10,034 nt of DNA from an uncultured archaeon (GTDB lineage: Archaea; Thermoplasmatota; Penumbrarchaeia; JASLWR01): positions 1 to 10,034 of the forward strand of contig CAYSHM010000024.1 in assembly GCA_964430885.1 (NCBI GenBank). The letters are read 5' to 3'. Numbering within the stretch: position 1 is the stretch's first letter; each line of letters opens with the position of its first letter. This document shows positions 7,501-10,034 of the stretch, piece after piece. Under the pieces are notes generated by a model. It saw nothing but the letters and a program-made list of their open reading frames with translations. It did no database searches and was not told where the DNA came from. Position numbers and translations under genes: made by a program.

Positions 7501-8529
7501 TGGCGTCCTGAAAATCCATGGGTTCTGCTGGAACTATCGGGTATCCAGGACAGAGATGTGGTTGTCTACGTTAACGGCCTTAAGAGCAATATCGACTTTC
7601 ATATGGATGTGGATTTTCATACCAATATGTCTATAGGAGGAAGGATCCAAGGAAACGTATCAATCAGGACAACGTCAAATCCAGGACAATTCTACATACG
7701 TTTTGTAAAATACGGGTCTACCACCTCGGCAACTGAAATGCTTCTGTCTTCCGTTCCACGGAGCGTTTCCATACAAATGACCTTATTCAATCAATTCTGG
7801 TTCAGATATTCGGCAACGGACCCTATCAAGTTCATATATTTCACAAACTCGAGACTGATTGAAGGGATATGGTATTCCACCCAGGGTATCCTACACGATG
7901 TGGTTGAGTATATGGAAATGGAGATGGAACCGCCCAGAAACATGGATATCTCATCTTCGGTTTTGATACAATCCATGCCATACGTAAGATTGTACTCTTG
8001 GTCGAAGGATCCCAGTACAGAGGGTATTCTAGACCTGCATCTCTCTCTTCAGGGGAGGTCTCTTGGTCAGACCGGCGATATATTAGTGGATATCCGAAAC
8101 ACCAAGGATATAACAGCCAGGTCAGATCCGGACAGCGGAGAGTTCAGGATCAATTCCTCGGGAACTGAATATCTAAGAATTCAGGCAGTTGATCTAAAAC
8201 TGATGAGGAGCTTCTCTCTGGATGAGATAAAGATAACCTGCGTCGACCTGAGAGATGTTAGTTTCGAAATGGAGATGCTTTTCGGGGTTTATCCCATATT
8301 CAGTATGAAAGGCGTTAAGCTGGGATTCATTCAGATGCAGATTTCAGGGACCATCAGGGCCTTTGGAAGAACTTACAGGATGGACAGCCTGCTGGTTGAT
8401 ATGGCTTCATCATTTGTACCTACAGGAGTATCGGCCTATAATGACCAGTTCATGATAGAGAGCGACAGCAGAAAACACATCATCACTCCCGCTCCGATCA
8501 TAACCCTTTGGTTGACGATTCTTGAATGA
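4588..8529 (+). CDS. Large uncharacterised exported/membrane-anchored beta-rich repeat protein, 1313 aa (GTG start; ATG 4597 alternative)
   Basis: 3.9-kb uninterrupted ORF. Basic N-terminus plus hydrophobic segment ILFIISILLFV and a possible VSG cleavage site; about 19 N-X-S/T sequons counted by eye; alternating-hydrophobic beta-strand pattern; hydrophobic C-terminus. No family recognised. Confidence 0.9.
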   Translation: MNPMILKKLIRKKALDWVAVKILPKPGFPRILFIISILLFVHLQYPLGVSGENNMVCPQPENYEAYDELVAIQNEIEDRRSDPRGEITNKTQKRLVQDLAVVDYDAPEIAWLDFETADVVVSDPEENMPSLYSDIRDFEALYGKGTLLEWLMDRGTSNYYIYTRYDQNYQFTKDYLRPILIPPDLGTGSGIDLDNDTTTGDSAGNDVFISLRPEIEISKLPTLLPLNRSLELVFRLRLDITRLRELKHPLTVHVIKYVSYNERNYLFNLGADLYTVPSEITMMLHSENVVIELAPARDVLRFVNNYIINGTVTIDNSSLIGALRGPYHISYEMPYLQGDIYDRLSLYLGINELRNDEITKISWANIVVKRGTAKLNIPFTGHIRLDTPNIIQPVNELYWEGLDHRGYRTVCDLEIRYFDSGKVLTYAEVLVEDMPGWVNIEVDYQKTVGDINVTPLSYRSSHNMRSMLYRNTQYYSYPSLKDIRTMEVFIDHLPTSFDMEITSDVNRNLPDMLNVNNSLPITVRLLDNFISNIASRFSRIGATLETLSDSLTQLPQSGGWIWVKAGGKEPYFGQWDFKRTSSTYLRPRSGVNSDHLCFYDLKDPDLGSNTSGLRETTALSVKLSNVGRINLNFSKYTIFEVDFVERSPTLPFRILLVGGEKGLQVRFSNLPDSFGFYVVENGIDILSRDDMGKPQQIRELEMIYQFEKRYFQMKLEGVKGGVSYRERDGELSAYAPIPLDMLEFHVTDNRDKGIKELNGNSIYMHQEEDAFTLSGRLRSLKNLTYKPGSKGYFHLNYENETSFGVDLYSYLDNGSQAKLIIDPLPTNFTFDLPGSLDESSYQLPDLVSVTGDLNLSSVIDDVTDLLYDIVDLSFNVTSTFLDNIGSISNRFNFSYTMAGDRTLDIIGYMKKGDISGLGPTHWVHGVSMSQGEVEGETVLEGRVYLQGMPPKGSISTNMIGDDVDASLSFQGWRPENPWVLLELSGIQDRDVVVYVNGLKSNIDFHMDVDFHTNMSIGGRIQGNVSIRTTSNPGQFYIRFVKYGSTTSATEMLLSSVPRSVSIQMTLFNQFWFRYSATDPIKFIYFTNSRLIEGIWYSTQGILHDVVEYMEMEMEPPRNMDISSSVLIQSMPYVRLYSWSKDPSTEGILDLHLSLQGRSLGQTGDILVDIRNTKDITARSDPDSGEFRINSSGTEYLRIQAVDLKLMRSFSLDEIKITCVDLRDVSFEMEMLFGVYPIFSMKGVKLGFIQMQISGTIRAFGRTYRMDSLLVDMASSFVPTGVSAYNDQFMIESDSRKHIITPAPIITLWLTILE

Positions 8530-8533
8530 TGGC

Positions 8534-8545
8534 TTTTTCTTTCCT
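8534..8545 (+). terminator. Possible archaeal oligo-U terminator after the 1313-aa gene
   Basis: TTTTTCTTTCCT begins 4 nt after the TGA stop and is followed by further T-rich tracts. Confidence 0.45.
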
Positions 8546-8628
8546 ATCAAATTTATTCAAAGTTTGTTCTCCTTTATATTTTCCATGAGATACCGTTTTA
8601 TATAGCTGGATAAAAGGGGGAAAACAAT

Positions 8629-8650
8629 AAATATTATAATTATATAAAGA
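8629..8650 (+). promoter_or_regulatory. Candidate TATA region for the 8827 ORF
   Basis: AAATATTATAATTATATAAAGA preceded by an A-rich stretch. A second TTTTATATA lies at 8596-8604; which one is used cannot be determined. Confidence 0.4.
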
Positions 8651-8826
8651 TTAGGCTATTGTAAATGCCTTTTTGGTTCATAAATTAAGTGATACATTCC
8701 ACTATATGAATCGGGATCCTATGGGTCCCTAAACGGCAGAAGATCGTCTGTAAGAAACAATCGGAATGATGAAAATGTCTTAACCTTCAATAGGTTTTCA
8801 GGTTCAAATGAAATATAGGTGAAAAA

Positions 8827-10034
8827 ATGGTCAAGAGATGCCCCAAATGCAGAACAGAAGTGGAAGCTGGAGCTACTGAATGTAACGAATGCGGTTATTC
8901 TCCCGGAAAGAAAGGCCGGAAAGGCGGTAAACCCAAGGGAGCGGATGCAAAGAAAAGGTCAGGTAAGAAAGAAGACCGTTCCTCGAGAAAGAGGCCGGAT
9001 AGGAAGCGCTCCCATGATCGGAAGAGAGGTAGGAAAAAGCCTATGGAGGAAGAAGAGCCGGAGGAGGAAGAGAAAGTAGAAGAGGAAGAGGTGGAACCTA
9101 GGGAAAAGAAGAGGAGACCTTCCAGAGGCAAGGGTAGGAGAAGACCATCCAAGGATAGAAGAAAACGGAAAAAGCCCGTCGAGGAAGAAGAAGAGGAAGA
9201 GGAGAAAGAGGAAAGACCTAGAAGAGGCCGGAAGGGCAAGAAGGATAGGAAGAAGGGCAGAAGAAGACCTGAGAAGAAAGAAGTTCCAAAGGAAGAACCT
9301 GAATTCGACCCTTCAGACGACCCTGACGTCAAGGCCCTGGACAAGGAGATCAAGAAAATTGAGGAAAAGATAAAGGAGCTCAAGGAGGAAGCCGATGCCG
9401 AGGAGATTCCTCTTGAGAACCTCCAGGATGAAGCTGAAGAGAAGAAAGGGGTTGTAGATGATTTCCTGGCTGAAAAAGAGGACATAATGAAAGATCTCAG
9501 AACAAGTCTTAACTGCCCCAAGTGCAAGAAAGAGGTTATTTTACCTGATTCCAAAGATGATACCCTCCATCTATCCTGTAAAAAATGTGGGTCCAAGGGC
9601 CGGCTGGCCAATCCTAACAAGGATGTCTACCATGACCTTGAGGATGTGGAGATAGACATAGCCGATGCCGAGAAGGACCTGAACGATACTCAGAAGAAAA
9701 TAGATGAACTCAAGGCGGACATAGACAAAAAGAAATCCGAGACTGAGGAACTCGAGGCCCAGTTGGAGGAAAAGAAAGAGGAGAGAGAGGAACGGGTTGA
9801 TGAGCTGAAGGCAAATCCGCCCGAATCCGAGGAGGAGGACGAAGAGGAGGAGGACGAAGAGGAGGTTGACGAGGATGCCTTCTGTCCCATGTGCTATGCT
9901 GACCTTGAAGTACCTTTTAACAAGTGTTCGGGATGCGGTTGGGAATCCGGAGAGGACTATTCCGACGAACCTACCCAGCTGGAAGAATATGAAGACGATT
10001 ATGAGGATGATTACGAGGATGATTACGAGGATGA
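8827..10034 (+). CDS. Partial (over 402 aa, runs off the window) multi-Zn-ribbon, coiled-coil, highly charged low-complexity protein
   Basis: My own translation of frame +1: AGGTGA RBS (8817-8822), ATG 8827, no stop to the window end. MVKRCPKC-x10-CNECG ... CPKC-x17-CKKCG ... CPMC-x10-CSGCG. Absent from the ORF track, probably because it lacks a stop codon in the window. Confidence 0.92.
   Translation, partial: MVKRCPKCRTEVEAGATECNECGYSPGKKGRKGGKPKGADAKKRSGKKEDRSSRKRPDRKRSHDRKRGRKKPMEEEEPEEEEKVEEEEVEPREKKRRPSRGKGRRRPSKDRRKRKKPVEEEEEEEEKEERPRRGRKGKKDRKKGRRRPEKKEVPKEEPEFDPSDDPDVKALDKEIKKIEEKIKELKEEADAEEIPLENLQDEAEEKKGVVDDFLAEKEDIMKDLRTSLNCPKCKKEVILPDSKDDTLHLSCKKCGSKGRLANPNKDVYHDLEDVEIDIADAEKDLNDTQKKIDELKADIDKKKSETEELEAQLEEKKEEREERVDELKANPPESEEEDEEEEDEEEVDEDAFCPMCYADLEVPFNKCSGCGWESGEDYSDEPTQLEEYEDDYEDDYEDDYED
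9829..9864 (+). repeat. 15-bp tandem repeat GAGGAGGAGGACGAA x2.4 (EEEDE)
   Basis: Read directly; in frame within the 8827 ORF. Confidence 0.8.
9988..10034 (+). repeat. 12-bp coding tandem repeat TAY GAR GAY GAT (YEDD), about 4 copies, truncated by the window end
   Basis: tatgaagacgat tatgaggatgat tacgaggatgat tacgaggatga... Confidence 0.9.

Noticed and set aside
164-7976. Remaining short ORFs (61-90 aa) in the supplied track
   Set aside because: All lie mostly within or antisense to well-supported longer genes or their promoter regions and show no recognisable motifs.
8819-9079. 86-aa ORF starting at GTG 8819
   Set aside because: Out-of-frame overlap with the real ORF at 8827; its GTG is part of that gene's AGGTGA RBS.
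9325-9810. Rad50/SMC assignment for the coiled-coil and CxxC region
   Set aside because: No N-terminal Walker A ATPase head, arms too short, and four Cys rather than a single hook.
8895-9890. Minus-strand Ser/Phe/Leu-rich ORFs (241 aa and 66 aa)
   Set aside because: Antisense shadows of the GAA/GAG/AAG-rich coding strand.

Overview
Archaeal chromosomal window; Thermoplasmatota-like affinity is an inference from gene styles, TATA/BRE elements and GGAGG/GGTGA ribosome-binding sites. Contents in order: (1) a minus-strand intronless tRNA-Ala(CGC), preceded by a hairpin that duplicates the tRNA 5' end; (2) an archaeal-type tryptophanyl-tRNA synthetase with a C-x22-C-x6-C-x2-C (Fe-S-type) motif; (3) a convergent minus-strand three-gene operon: UbiA-family prenyltransferase, LarC N-terminal-domain-only protein, Nep1 rRNA methyltransferase; (4) a divergent 1313-aa exported, beta-rich protein with degenerate internal repeats and no family I can recognise; (5) a long ORF missing from the supplied track (8827 to the window end). 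The last encodes three Zn-ribbons, alternating basic/acidic blocks, a Zn-ribbon-tipped coiled-coil hairpin and YEDD repeats. The two uncharacterised proteins and the pre-tRNA hairpin are the most interesting items. No mobile element or CRISPR array is evident.
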